A stretch of DNA of 64,000 bases from Podarcis cretensis (GCA_951804945.1 OX638152.1:31806001-31870000); one strand, 5' to 3'; numbered from the stretch's first letter, positions 13,256 to 26,967 are shown. Numbers and translations are program-made. Notes: generated by a model not told the origin, from the letters alone.

Positions 13256-13285
13256 GCATTGCAGGGGATTGAACTAGATGACTCC
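13140..13285 (+). mobile_element. tRNA(Lys)-derived SINE with CR1-like 3' part and an internal (ATC)n expansion
   Basis: Head resembles tRNA-Lys-CTT (tagctcagtc..agcatga.actct.aatctcaggg), followed by cctgcattgcaggggattgaactagatga. Confidence 0.8.
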
Positions 13286-14328
13286 AGGAGGCTAGCAATA
13301 TGTTTTGCAGGCTAGTTACTTTAGTGGGCTTAATTACAAGGCTGGTTTTCAGAGAGTATCCCTGCCTGTTGCCTGTATAAAGCAGGAGGCATATAAAAAG
13401 AGGGCCAGTCTGCATTAGGTGGGCAGCAGGCAAGAGGATGTCAGAAGCTGATGCCATCCCTTATCACAATAAATCGTTGCAGATAGAAGCAACACTGTTC
13501 CGAAGAAAGAGACTGGAATCACTAATGACAAGTATATAGACAAGAGATCTGCCTGCTTCCCTGCTTATCCCAGAGAAGAATGGAGGATTTGTTATGAACC
13601 TCTCTTTCATCCAGTCTTTGCATCCCTTCCCCCCAAACGAATGAAAGCCGTTTCTCTTTATAAGCAGCCATTTCTCAGGCTTGTTAACATTAAACAACAA
13701 CAATAATAGACATAATTTGAAAGTGTCATTTGTGTCCCAGCTACTAGCTAAAATTCAAACAGATGGTGTTGTAGTGGCCTTGTGGACACGCTCTCTCATT
13801 TTCTGTATTTGTAAACAGGGCCCTTTCCCCATGCCATTTAAAATACAAAAACGATAATTAAGAGTGTTTGAGGATGTTCCAGATGGATTCAGAGAGCGTC
13901 CCAGGAGGTCACCTGACATTTCGACTCTCTTAAAGTTCCTGCTTGCCAGGCAGACCTTGACTCCAGGGGTCATTTGTATAAACAAGGAAAAGAAAATCTG
14001 TAAATACTAAGCACCACTTCTCCCAAGGCGGATTTCATGGACGGCAGAGGGAAGGGTAGGCAGCGACTGAAACAGGTGGCATAATTTAATGTGAAACTGG
14101 GTTTGCAGGAGGGATATTGAGCACTGAAGAGCAAGTGCTTTCATGGAACATTGACAAGCAGGAGGCTGTTAGCTGCCTCAGCCCAACGCTGGAACATTAT
14201 GTCGAAACAGATAATAATTTTTACCACCATTGTTTACAGTGTTTCGCGGCCAAGAGTACTGCCAAGTTGAAAATTCATCAGTTTTAACTTTTGTGTTGAA
14301 AGTCATTATTTGAGGGAGGAATAACTTC

Positions 14329-14372
<44 letters not shown>
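14329..14372. repeat. (AAT)n microsatellite
   Basis: Perfect trinucleotide run. Confidence 0.97.
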
Positions 14373-14374
<2 letters not shown>

Positions 14375-15852
14375 GAGCAAGTCTTCCCCAGCCTGAAATA
14401 GTTTGCTAAGCTTCTTCAACTTAAAATGGCAGAGACATGCATTCTCTAAAGGGACACAAGCAAGGAAGTTCTAAAGCAGGGATGAATAATCCAGGAGTGG
14501 CTTGATTAGTGGGACAGACTTGCAACAATAGTCTTGGGATTTCAAGTTTGAGAAAATACTGGTTTATTGAAGATAGAATCGTTGGATTTTAAGGAATGAA
14601 TATAATATGCAGCTGCAGGACAGAGATCCGGAAGTCCTTTTACTCTCTTCTATGTCTCTGTAGTTTTTTCTTTCTTTACGTTTTCTCTCCCTTGTTCTTT
14701 TTTTTAGGTCTCTCCTTTTCCTACCGGGAGAAGCCAAGAGATCAAAACTGGGGCATTTTGCATGGGAAAGAGATGCTCTGAGATATGGGCCCTCTCTTAA
14801 TCTGGGGCTCCTAGAAATTTGGATTTTGGGAATTTGACCTTAATTCTTCATAGTTAAATTTAATCTACAATGGCAGTAGAGCCTGTTCCCCATTCTCTGA
14901 AACCTTCAGCCCCCTTCCTAGTTTGGTCAAGTAGTGCACAGGATTAGTCCATTCCCATGATGCTGTGTTTTCCTCCATCTTCTTTTATACCAAAGCACAA
15001 CAGGAAAAGCAAAAGGCAGCCAGAGAGAAGAGAAACATTACAACAAACCAATTGAGTCAGCATCTTCGAGATGGTTGATTTGCTTATTTTGTTTTATTAT
15101 TAATTCTGTTTCGGGGAGGGGAAGTTAGATGAAAGAAGCAATAAATGGCCCTTTTAATTTACTTACTTCAGTGCTGTCCCTGATAATCCTCACCCTTAAA
15201 TCACCCTGCTGCCATACTACGGGTCCTTCCAACATCAATATTAATGCGCCTGAGTCCTGGCAAAAGCTGCTAGAGGTGGTGTTTCATAATTCAGATGCAA
15301 AAAATAAAACTATAGAGTACTAGAAAGAGAAACAGAGGAGGAGAGGGGGAAGTACAGACCAACTGAGTTGGCTCAGGCTATTGACTGAGGCCTCCAGCTC
15401 CTCCCCCCCCCACCTCCACAAGCAACCCCTTGTTCTTTTCCACTACCAAGAAATGTGGGGGAAGAAAACAAAGGAGACTGGTTGCCTCTTACAATACAGT
15501 TACTTTTCATGCCCTAGGGGGAAGGCAACCCTATTGCTCAGGAGGCTGGAATAATATAGTCATTACTACCAATTAAAACAAGAAACTTGCTAATATTAAT
15601 ATATGATGTGATTTTGAAATGTAGCATTTCTTTTCCTTCTGGTCAAGTTTGATGCAAAATTGTATGATAGGATTCTAACAGGGGAAGGGCTTCTTATTCT
15701 CATGCAGAAAGTCAGAGAGAGAGAGAGAGAGAGAGAGTAACATACTATCGCAAACATAGGAAGCTGCCTTCTACCAAATCAGAGGTCAGTGTAGCTCAGT
15801 ATTGTCAACAGTGACAGGCACAAGCTCTCCAGGGTTTTAGGCAGGAGTCTTG

Positions 15853-16049
15853 TCATAGAATCATAGAGTTGGAAGGGACCCTGAGGATCATCTAGTCCAA
15901 CCCTGCAATGCAGGAATCTCAACTAAGGCATCCATGACAGATGGCCATCCAGCCTCTGCTTAAAAACCTCCAAGGAAGGAGAGTCCACAACATCCCAAGG
16001 GAGTTTTGTTCCACTGTCGAACAGCTCTTACTGTCAGAAAGTTCTTCTT
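15853..16049 (-). mobile_element. CR1 3' end fragment, adjoining an older SINE
   Basis: (ATTCTATG)n tail; ttccactgtcgaacagctct..ctgtcag is shared with the CR1 at 2436. Confidence 0.9.
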
Positions 16050-19000
16050 GGTGTAACTTGGAGAACGTTGAATATTTAAGTCCTTCTGTTTCTGTGTCAC
16101 ATCGCATCATGTCTGCTCCTGTCAAACCAGTTTTGTAGTTCCTCTAACTCCTGGTGCTGACTGAGCAAAACACAGCCCCTATTCATTCACCATAACTCCC
16201 TAGCACCTGCCCCAATCCTTCTTAAATTTGTCAGATTAATTTCCATATGGCATGTTCATCATAGGATTATTGGCTACAAAACTTCAGGGAAGAAAGCAAA
16301 TCTTTTTCTGTTTCCCCCTCTGAAATAAACCTTTAAAAATATCTAGCACAAAAGCCATTGAACCTATTTCTCAGGCAGGTTTCTTTCCTGGGGCACCTCT
16401 CTCATGAATGATATCTTCATATAAATTGCTGGCAAAACACTATCATAGAGTAAGTTAACCCTTTTTAACCACCCCAGACTGTAGTGGTTTTCCTTGCCAG
16501 AAAACCACTTCAGCTAGCCTTCTGAAGGATTCATCCCCTCAGGACCTGGGTCTGCCAATTTCATCCATTTCTGCCAGAAAAAAAGAGAAACATTATAGAA
16601 TATTCCTTTTAGGTGGGAAGAAACTCAATTTTTAAAAGATGCCCAGCACAACAACAAAAATCATCAGCCTATTTGTCTATAATATGGTTCCTAGGCCTGA
16701 AATTCACATTGAATTCTGTCAAAAAGAGGGGGAAGTTATTGCAAGTAAAATAATAATAATCCCCATAAAGCACAAAGCTTTATTTTTTGGAATCATAAAT
16801 CAGATTCAGACTCCAAGCTGTATTTGGGGGCCTCTGAACTAAATCTTGTCCTCTTCCAAAGTGTCAAAGCATGATCCAAATCCAGTTTTGTGATCAGAAC
16901 ATACTCCTACAAGCTCAGATTTTAATACAAGCTGGAGATGAATATAGGGGCTTCTGATTATTTCCTTTCCTGAGAGATGAGCATCACCAAAGCACTGAAA
17001 CTTGTTTCTAGGCCAAAGCCTGGTGAACAAGATCTCAGCTTTCCTTCTTTTCTTTCTTTCTTTCTTTTTTTTGAACATTTAATTAGGAAGGAAGGAGGTT
17101 GTTTCCAATCTACACAAAACTGGCTTTATAAAGATACACATTGGTGTTCATACGAGGGCAGGGGGTGTCTGTGTAACTTTACAAACTCAGCTTTTAAATA
17201 AAATGAAACCCAAGTACAGGGTCCTAAAAAAAGAAATGAATGGAAGTGTGGGACCACAGGAGAGGCTCATTTTTCAGAAGAACAAAGAGGAATAGCATGA
17301 AATATAGCAAGAAATTCTAGTATAAGCATGCCCTAAATTCTGCTGTGATCATTGGGTCTTACTTTAACACAACTCTTGGGAGGATTGCAGTTCTTATCTC
17401 CCATTTAAAAGCATCCTTTGCAATGGATTACCCTTGAGGACCTGTGCATTTTTCATGCAAATTGAAAGAAGGCATGATATTCTGACAAGCTGAAGAATAC
17501 TCTTTGGCAACAATATGATTTAAACTCTCAGAAAATAATCATTTGTCTGAATTTAAACACTGAATTAAGACCTGCTGTACATCTTACTTACAAGAGACGT
17601 GTGCCTCTCCCTATCAATTGAATCTGGATATATTTCATGGCATATACCAGAAGTTTGCATATTTTTTTCAAACCTTCTTCTTCTGAGGTGCTGCAAGACA
17701 CCTGATGTCCTCCCTTCTTTCTGACGGTGGGTAATATGGCCACTTCTATCTCCGATACTGTTTTCATGGATTTCCCCCCTTTACCCATCTTGGTTTTTTT
17801 TGACCCCAATTCTGTTTCCATAATGAGGCCATGCTAATTCGTGGCGAGAGCTTATGAGTTTTCTTTAAGCATGGGAAGAGGTCAGCCAGAAATGGCTGAG
17901 GGTGCTTCTTTCTTCCTGCTGCCACTGCTCAGAAGGTCTGATCAATTTGCTTTCCTATTGCCACCATGCAATTTTCCAGCTAAATTAACAGCAGCATCTT
18001 GGCTGAGCTTTGGAAGGGAGATGCTGGTGGAGTGACGGGGAAGGTCGGAGGGAGAAACGCAGGGTGACTGCAGGGAGGAGGGGGGGGGAGTACCGGTAAA
18101 GGTCTGTCGATGCAAATGCCAGCATCTTTGTCACAGCATGGCAGAGGCCAACAATCCATGCAATGTGATTGGTAGGAGGAAAGCAAATTATGCCATTATT
18201 AAAGAGAGGCAATCAGTTGGTACCTTACTATGTGTCTTGAGAAGATCCGTCATTTTGCTTTATTAATGAAGGAATTGCCTTCAGGAGAGCCCTTTAAGGT
18301 GTATTCACTTAGCTACACAAAATGTCTTGTACTTTGCCAAAAGCCCTATCATCATCAGGAGTAGTAATACCATAATTATAATAATAGCCAATATTCTTTC
18401 CTCCTGTATGATAGCTCTTGGAGGTATGCTTTTTTTACGATGGTGATGATAATGGTGATGATGATGATGATTGTGAAGAATGCGTCCCTCTCATGCTGGG
18501 CTCTAATTACCATCTTTACGAGGGCTGCACGTTCCGAAATTCACATGCGCAGATTTATTTGTCAACAGTTTCGCTTCCTCCACGGCTTTTGTGGCCATTT
18601 CATCTCTGTGGCTGTCATCAGCAGGAGCAATGCTGCACACTAAAAGTCAGTTGCATTACTAACATTCCCTTTCTGGCACTGTGGGGATTGCAGTAATGCC
18701 CCTGTCTTTCAGAGGAAAGATAATCAAATCTCACTAGGTGATCTTGGACCAGTCATCCACCCTAACCTACCTCATAGGGATGCTGCAATGAAAAAAGGGG
18801 GGGCATGTGCACTGCTCTGAACATAACACAAATAAAATTAAAATGTCCCAGCCCTCATGCCATACACACACAAACACACACACACACACACTAAATATAT
18901 AGTGTGTGTTTTGCTAGTGTTATAGAAAAGAGAAAAGGGAGCTCAGATTCATGTGTACTGGATGTTGCCAGAGTTCTTTGTTTATGTTATTCCATTTAAA

Positions 19001-19909
19001 TTATCTGAGGAAGTGGCTCAGGCAGAAACAATCAGCCTGACTCAGTCTTCATACTGCAACAGCACCCAAGCCTGGCTTTGGAGCATTATAGGAAATCATT
19101 CCCAGTTATGAAAGAACTTTACTCTATAATCTACAGCTGTGCATTTGAGACTGTGGCAGTTACAAAGCATAATAAGCAGCATGGCATGAGCTAGTAGCCT
19201 GCTATGGCATGTTTCCAGATTTGAGGGACTTCAGCGACAAAGCAGCATGCTGGCTACATTAGTGAGAGCAAGTGCAACATATCTAGTTGTACAACATCCC
19301 ATAATACTGCTCTGAATCTGGGAAGCAGAGTCCAGGCGTTCTGAGTTCCAACACTCTAGCTCTGTGTCAAGTTGGTAGGTGATAATGGCACAGTGTGAGA
19401 TTTTGCTTTGTTTTGAGCAGTTCCCTGCATCAGAAGCAAAGTGTAATGAACATATCATAATTAACTAAACTAAATGCCATTATGTTGACAGATGTTGGCA
19501 AAAGACAATGTGAATGTGTTTAATTATTTTTTTCCAGGCTGAGGCAGAATCTTTGTGTTGTTGTTGCTGCTGTTTTGAAAAGAAATTGACACCTTGGTGA
19601 AGGTGTTGTACACTCAGTGGAATTAGGGATCACTGATTCCAAGGAGAAACATGAAGAGAAAATTGAGTTTTAGACAAACATGCAAGGTTTATACGTTCCA
19701 GACAGAAAATGTGGTTTTATTCTACAAGGACTCCTTCATCTGAGTTAAGAGGTCAGATTTAGACAACAGCCCTGTTTACCTGGCCAAACAAGGTATGCAA
19801 GTGCATGGAGGCGGCCTTTAGGCATTATTCAGTTTTTCTACCTCAAGCTTATGCATGCCCTATGCATGCATATTTTGCATGTGTGGAGGCTGGCACTTAG
19901 GCAGTAGAA

Positions 19910-20123
19910 AACTATTTGCAAAAATGCATATGCTAAGCAAAATTGCTTGTAAAAGTGTGTTCGTTAGGAGAAACATGCATAAAAATGCATATGAATTTTT
20001 GTGTGGAGTTTTTTCTTAAATTTTTTTTCCCCACAAATGTATGAATATATTGGGCAGCGTGATTTTAATAATGGAAACACTGAGAAATGGGAGAAACTGA
20101 AACTGAGAGATTCATCTATCCCT
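19910..20123. mobile_element. hAT-like MITE fragment (catcccta-type terminus)
   Basis: Ends in ttcatctatcccta. Internal sequence resembles 62992-63358. Confidence 0.5.
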
Positions 20124-20808
20124 AGCAGTAGTATGGCTTTATGTATAAATACAACTTGCAAAAGGGGAAAAAAACCAAATAATAATGCTTTCTTTGTTGC
20201 TCATCTTCTAGTATTTGTAAGAAAAATAATAATGTGGATTTCTGAAAGGTTTAAATCAGGGGTCTGCAATGTGGTGGCGCCCCACAGGTGTTGATGGGAG
20301 CTGGAGTCTTAAATCAACCCCAAGTTCCCAACCAGCATGGCTAATGGTCTGGGATGATGGAGTTGTAGTCCAACAACATCTATCCTGGCTTTAAAACAAT
20401 AGGCTTTAATGTTTAGAATAAAACAATTATTGGATAATGCCACTTTAGATTGCATTTGGCGCAGTGTGGGGTAAGGGTTTTTGCATGTTTGAATGTGAAA
20501 TCCATGCCCTAGAAACCACACACACACACACGGTATAGTCAGTCATGTGTAACAATGGATAGTTTTGATTGGTCTGTACTTAAAACAAGCTACTCTGCAG
20601 TTCCCAGACTTAGATGCAGACTGAAGTACAGTTAACAATGGCATTGCATGCTCCTCTGAATTGTGTGATACAATTTTAGGAATAAAAATGCATTCAAAAT
20701 GTATATTTTTATCAGAAAATGTTTGCCAAAATGCATATTTTAAGTAGGGATGCATAGAAAAGCATTCAAGAATGTACATTTCAGGAGTAGATACATACAA
20801 ATTAATTT

Positions 20809-21198
20809 AAGGGAAAGGGAAAGGGAAAGGAACCCCTGACCATTAAGTCCAGTTGCAGACGACTCTGGGGTTGTGGTGCTCATCTCAATTTACTGGCCAA
20901 GGGAGATGGCATTTGTCCGCAGACAGTTTCCGGGTCATTTGGCCAGCATGACTAAGCTGCTTCTGGCAAACCAGAGCAGCGCACGGAAATGCCGTTTACC
21001 TTCCCGCCGGAGCGGTACCTATTTATCTACTTGCACTTTGATGTGCTTTTGAACTTCTAGGTTGGCAGGAGCTGGGACTGAGCAATAGGAGCTCACCCCG
21101 TTGCGGGGATTCAAACCGCCAACCTTCTGATCAGCAAGCCCTAGGCTCAGTGGTTTAGACCACAGAGCCACCCATGTCCTATGTGCCACCCGCGTCCC
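20809..21198 (-). mobile_element. Sauria SINE, older subfamily, inserted into a hAT-like MITE (about 20540-21324)
   Basis: Minus strand starts gggacgcgggtggc, contains gtgcaagtagataaataggtaccgctcc and ends in a (CCCTTT)n tail. Possible TSD taattta. Confidence 0.92.
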
Positions 21199-21413
21199 AT
21201 AATTTAGGTATGCAATTTAAATGTTTGTGTGCAATTTAAAAAATGTGGAAAACAGGGTGGAACAGACTCATGAATTAATGCATTCAAAACTTAGAACAGA
21301 AATAGACTGATCCATCAATCCCTAGTTATGCAATGATCACACCTGTAGTTTGAAATTAAACTGTCAAGGAACAATTTAAACATGCAATCTTTTTTTGGAT
21401 CAACTGTCTCTTA

Positions 21414-21746
21414 AGCACCATCTGTACTATATATTAAAAGCAGTATCAGATAACTTTAATTCAGCATGGCTTTTCCCCAAAGCATCCTGGGAGTTGTAGT
21501 TTGTTAAGAGCACTGAGAGCTGTTAAGAGACCCATATTACCCTCATAGAGCCACAGTTCCCAAAGTGATTTAACAATCAGGGAAGAACAATTTTCTCAGG
21601 AAACTATGGGAATAGTAGCTGTGTGTGAATGGGAGTTATAATTCTCAGCACCCTTAACAAATGATGGTTCCCAGGATTCATTGGGGGAAGATATGATTGT
21701 CTAAAGTGGTGTGGTATTGCTTTAAATGTATACTACAGATGAGGCC
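21414..21746. mobile_element. Palindromic PIF/Harbinger-like MITE
   Basis: Long imperfect inverted arms (catctgtactata...tatactacagatg; cccaaagcatcctggga...tcccaggattcattggg), flanked by TTA on both sides. Confidence 0.75.
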
Positions 21747-22447
21747 TTAGTCCTGCATCCAAACTTTGAGGCTGTTTGTGTCTGGAGCTGAACTTTGCAG
21801 CTTAAGATCATGAGATTGTTGCACCAAGATGACAGACAGGAACATTTACCTCTACTGTTCAAATAATGGATGGGTGGTCATGACTCATTTTGAATAATAT
21901 GTCTTCCACAGATTATAGCTATTGTGGTGGTGAAGAATCAGGCATGTTCTTTGGTGTAAGCAGGAGTGATCTATCCAGACTGCAATAACAGTGGCACTGT
22001 CTGTATATTTCCCTGCAAGGCAATTCCCAGATTACTATTCAGTAAAGATTATAGAAGATGGAGCCCTCTCGCATCTTAGCTTATTTGTATTCATTGGAGT
22101 TCTTGATTCCCACCTCGGTTCCAGCAACCTAAAAAATAATGGTTACGTTAACACTTTCCAGCATATAACATAGATTATTATCATGTGAGTGACATATACG
22201 AAGAAGGAAGGGAGATGAGGGTGGGGGAAAGAAAGCTATGGGACTCTGCCTCTTCCATTTCCCAGACAGCTTTGGAAGATGCAGTATTCTGGATGGGAAA
22301 TGTGATGACAGCATTGCACATATTAGTGCATGCACAGAAAGACACACACACACACACAAAATATGCAAAACACAGGGCAGGCTACCACTGAAAGATCCTA
22401 AGTAGTTTTGCATGAAAGCATAAGAACATAAAAAGTTGTCTTGTACT

Positions 22448-22558
22448 GGTAGCTCGGTTGGTAGAATATGAGTCTTTTAATCTCAGGGTTGTGGGTTTGA
22501 GCCCCATGGTGGGCAAAAGATTCCTGCATTGGGACTTTACAATTCTATGATTCTATGA
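22448..22558 (+). mobile_element. tRNA(Lys)-derived SINE with (ATTCTATG)n CR1 tail, internally deleted, nested in an older SINE
   Basis: tagctcggttggtagaatatgagtcttttaatctcagggttgtgggtttgagcccc...attctatgattctatga. Confidence 0.82.
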
Positions 22559-23375
22559 TGCTACAAGTCAGACCATTGCTCTACCTAGCTCAGTATTGAT
22601 TACACTGACTGGGAACACTTTGGGATTCAGATGGGACATTTCTAGCCCTGCCTGTAGCTACCTGGAGTGCTCTTTAGGCGTGGCAACAACTTTCCAACAC
22701 TGATAGTTCAGCAGCAAGACAGATAGAAAGCAAGTGGAAGTCCTAGGCAAAGAGTTCAGGTTTGGGCTTACAGTACAGGTAAATGAGAAGCAAAGAAGCC
22801 CATAAAGGCAAACTAAGATAGGGACACAAGCAGGGGTTATTGGAAAGTACATCTGTCAATATATTGCCCCAGCAAAGGAATCAATAAGTTATAGAAGGAG
22901 CAGGGTACTGAGAAAGGAGTGGGGAGAGTGCTTTGTATGCAAAAGGTCTCAGGTTCAGCCCCCAGTATCTCCAGGCAGGACTGGAAGATCCTACACTGAG
23001 TCACCTCCCAATTTCAGTCTTATGAAAAATGTGGCCAATGATGGCCACAGAATATAGGCAGGTTCAGAATGTGGACCTTCAAAAATTATGCAGTTCTTGT
23101 TATGTAGTGGGGAAGAGTTGCTACGTCTCCACAAGTTCTAGTTTCCATTCATCCACCCTCCTGATCATTTCAGTTCTTCTGTCCTGCTGGTGTAGACAAG
23201 TGTTGGTTTTCAACAAAGAGGGCTAAGTTCAGGCAGTGCCAGCTTCCATTTCTGAGGAGCCCTTGACAGAAGGTCTTTGGAGGGGCAAAATGCCTTCAGA
23301 AAAGTTTCTCCCCGTTGATGCTGCCCATTTGCTTTTCCTGTCCCTTTGTAGCCCAATCTACACCACTGGCTAGAG

Positions 23376-23623
23376 CAGGGGTCAGCAAACTTTTTCAGCC
23401 ATGGGCCAGTCCACCATCCCTCAGACCATGTGGTGGGCTGGAGTATATTTTTTGGGGGGATGAACGAATTTCTATGCCCCACAAATAACCCAGAGATGCA
23501 TTTTAAATAAAAGGACACATTCTACTCATGTAAAAACACACTGATTCCCGGACCGCCCGTGGGCTGGATTGATAAGGCGATTGGGCCGCATCCGGCCCAC
23601 GGGCCTTAGGTTGCCTACCCCTG
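23376..23623. mobile_element. hAT (Charlie/OC1-like termini) MITE
   Basis: TIRs caggggtcagcaaac / gttgcctacccctg. 8-bp TSD ggctagag/gactagag. Confidence 0.92.
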
Positions 23624-24986
23624 GACTAGAGGGAGTGGCTGAGATAAGTGGACCCTGTGACTCATTCTCCTTGCTCCTGTCACTGAACTAAAGGAGGACA
23701 TATTTACAGTAATGCAAACTCCTGATGCCAACCATGCATCCATGATTCACTGGAAGAAGGCTAAGGTGCAGCTGTGATTGATACATAGTAATTATAAGGA
23801 CCTCCCCTGTAGGAGAGTGGGCTGCCAATGAATTCCTCCGGTGGAGAGGTGCACATCAGGTTGCATTACTCATGAATATACCATGCAGTATGCCTGCATA
23901 GTGCATCACTTCCACAAACACATGAAAATATTAATCACACAAATACATCACTTATCAAGTTGCACAGACGTATTATGTGATGGGTGAGTTCATTTTTGTT
24001 CTTTCCCTTTTCTTCAAATACCCCCCTTTCCATTGATCTTTGGTGCTCTTGCGCACCATGTTTTAGAGTAATAACATGCTCTCCTCCTGGTTAATGCACG
24101 ACTAATTGTGGCCTCTCAGCAGTAGACCAATGGATCCCTGCGTCTGCACACCCATAAAGATTGTGGCTACTGAGTAATGGTAATAGGTAATGAGTCAAGC
24201 TAACAGGGAGATGGAGTGGCAGGTTTGCATTAGGCCTTGAGACTGATAAATGCTTAATTGCTTGGCAAAGAGAGACCACACAGGGTTAATACTCAAGTGT
24301 CTGTGTTTGTGCATATAGACAGGCAAACGTACTGTAGCAATAACTGTTCTGCTTTCGCCCAGCAGACTGGAAACACATTCAAAGGCTAACTACCTAGATG
24401 CAGTTTTTATTCCTCTTTTATTGTTCTCACTGTGCATAATAACAGCAGAGAGAAGACCAGAGTCAGCTACATGACTATTCTGTTCCTTTCCATCTTGAGG
24501 AAGTTGGTCTTCTGGATGCCATTTTAGTTCTCATCCCCACCCCTTTCCCATGCTATTTTGACTTTGTTAATATTTTTGAAGGGTGAGATAAAAGTGGATA
24601 ATAAAAGAGAATTGACTCTACTGAAAATCTTTCCCTCTCCACAAGTAAGATTCCCAACTGTCCTTGAGGAAGAAGCTCCTGCAATCTTTTATTGCCCAAA
24701 TATTGCCTCAGAAACTGCAGGCAACAATTTGGCTGCTTCTGGCTCAGTTTCCAGGGACACACAATGGAATCAAAATGCACAGTTCAGTTTCTACAAGGAG
24801 AAACTATGGATTAAGTTCCCACCTGCATTTTAGTCTAGCTTCCCAAGGCAAAAATATTGTTTTCCTTTTGGTACTGCTCTAACTCTGTGCTCATGTCCTC
24901 CTGCGAAATGAGCTCCTTCTACATACTTGTTTCTAGAATGCATAGCCTACCTTCCAGGTCTAGTAGGCAAATACAAGTATCAAAGT

Positions 24987-25018
<32 letters not shown>

Positions 25019-26326
25019 AGAAAAAGATAACAAATGAGACATAGAATTAAACAAACATTTAGTATTAGGCTCTGTATCAGAGAATTGCTCTGTTAAGGCT
25101 ATCTAGGAAGGAAACATAGTGTTTCACCACTAACATATGGCTCAAGAGTAACTGAAATCCAGATTTTGTTGAATCTTATTGAAACTGTCCAAGGTCCTGA
25201 AAATTCATCTTGCCCACACTTGCAAAATTAAGCCACTGTCAGTTTTGCCCTATGAGCACTCACACATGGTCAGGACAGGACAAAATGGGTGAAGAGAAAA
25301 AACTGGCAGCAGGGAAGTCTGGGAATACAAGAGATGTTGTAGGAGACTATTTCTTTAAAAAAACAGTTCTTTCCAGTATTTTAACTTTCAGGAACAGTTT
25401 GGGATCAATATATTTTCAGAGTGGCTGGGAGAGACTACTCATTCTGAATTGAGATGGGAAAATTTGCCCATATCTAGAAAATAGTCCCATGCTCTGGGTT
25501 ATGAATACAATCCAAATTGTGATGGCCATCATGACATTTCCATCTGGGCTCTTTAATAGCTGGGTATTAGAGGGTATAAACAACCAAAGAAGAAACATTA
25601 TTTTGTTTAAGCAGTTTATATGCCAGCAGTGTCTCCATGGAGTGCAATACAGAAAAGGTAAAACTGGTTGAAAATTATAAAACCATTTTTTTTTAAAAAA
25701 AAAAAATGTCTTCAGGCGTTGTCAAGTGACCAGAGACTATTAAAGCAGTAATCTTCCCCCTCTTTTAATTTCAGGCTATTTAATAAAAGAAGTGGGCACC
25801 CCTAGACCCAACAACTCCCCCCTCCCCCAAGTTGTCTCATTTAGACCTGGCTAAACTTGTTGGACTCTATCCACAGAACCATCAAAACCATCAAATCTCC
25901 CAATGCCAAAATCATTAGGCTCCATCACTAGACATGGAAATAAAATTGCTGAGCTCCTCCTCACTGGAGCAGATCTACCCTCTGCTCCTTGACCCAGAGG
26001 CCTCTGTTTTATTCCAAGTGTTGGCAGCCATTATTGATATATATGTGACAAACATAGACAAGCAGGCTCTTGGTAGCTATACTGTACCTGGCTAACCCAG
26101 AGTCGTCATCATTGTCTGTCCATGGCAGGGGCTAATGTTGCATTGTCTTATTCCTTCTGCATCAGGGAATGAATGTGAGGCCTAAGCACTCATGTTCTCA
26201 GAATCTTGATAGGCTAGTCCAAGTCTCAGTCCCTGAACTTCAAAGCTAGAGTTCTTCTGATATTGAGCATCATTGTATGCTGAACTGGTTGGAAGAAATA
26301 CTCCCTTTGTATACATTTCAAGGAGA

Positions 26327-26689
26327 GGGACGCAGGTGGCGCTGTGGGTTAAAGCCTCAGCGCCTAGGACTTGCCGATCGAAAGGTCGGCGGTTCGAATC
26401 CCTGCGGCGGGGTGCGCTCCCGCTGCTCGGTCCCAGCGCCTGCCAACCTAGCAGTTCGAAAGCACCTCCGGGTGCAAGTAGATAAATAGGGACCGCTTAC
26501 CAGCGGGAAGGTAAACGGCGTTTCCGTGTGCGGCTCTGGCTCGCCAGATGCAGCTTTGTCACGCTGGCCACGTGACCCGGAAGCGTCTCCGGACAGCGCT
26601 GGCCCCTGGCCTCTTAAGTGAGATGGGCGCACAACCCCAGAGTCTGTCAAGACTGGCCCGTACGGGCAGGGGTACCTTTACCTTTACCT
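26327..26689 (+). mobile_element. Full-length young Sauria SINE
   Basis: Starts gggacgcaggtggcgctgtgg, has B box ggttcgaatcc and (ACCTTT)n tail. Perfect 14-bp TSD tatacatttcaagg at 26310-26323 and 26690-26703. CpGs are retained. Confidence 0.97.
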
Positions 26690-26909
26690 TATACATTTCA
26701 AGGCATTTGTAGGGAGTGAATACATTTGCATTGATTCATGCCCATAGCTATGAAGGGAACAGCCTCTCTATTCATCCCCGTGATAATTCAGGTGGAGAGG
26801 GGGTGACATTGTGTGCTACTCAGCTTCTGACTTGAATATGATTTCAGAGCAGGAGCAGGTTGCAAGAGGAGAAATTAGCAGAAGATGGTGATTTCCAGTG
26901 GATCACAGC

Positions 26910-26911
<2 letters not shown>

Positions 26912-26965
<54 letters not shown>
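26912..26965. repeat. (AG)n microsatellite
   Basis: Perfect dinucleotide run. Confidence 0.97.

Positions 26966-26967
<2 letters not shown>

Noticed and set aside
13140-22530. tRNA-Lys-like sequences at 13140 and 22448, and tRNA-Ala-like heads elsewhere, as tRNA genes
   Set aside because: The stems are degenerate and run directly into SINE bodies and CR1-type tails.
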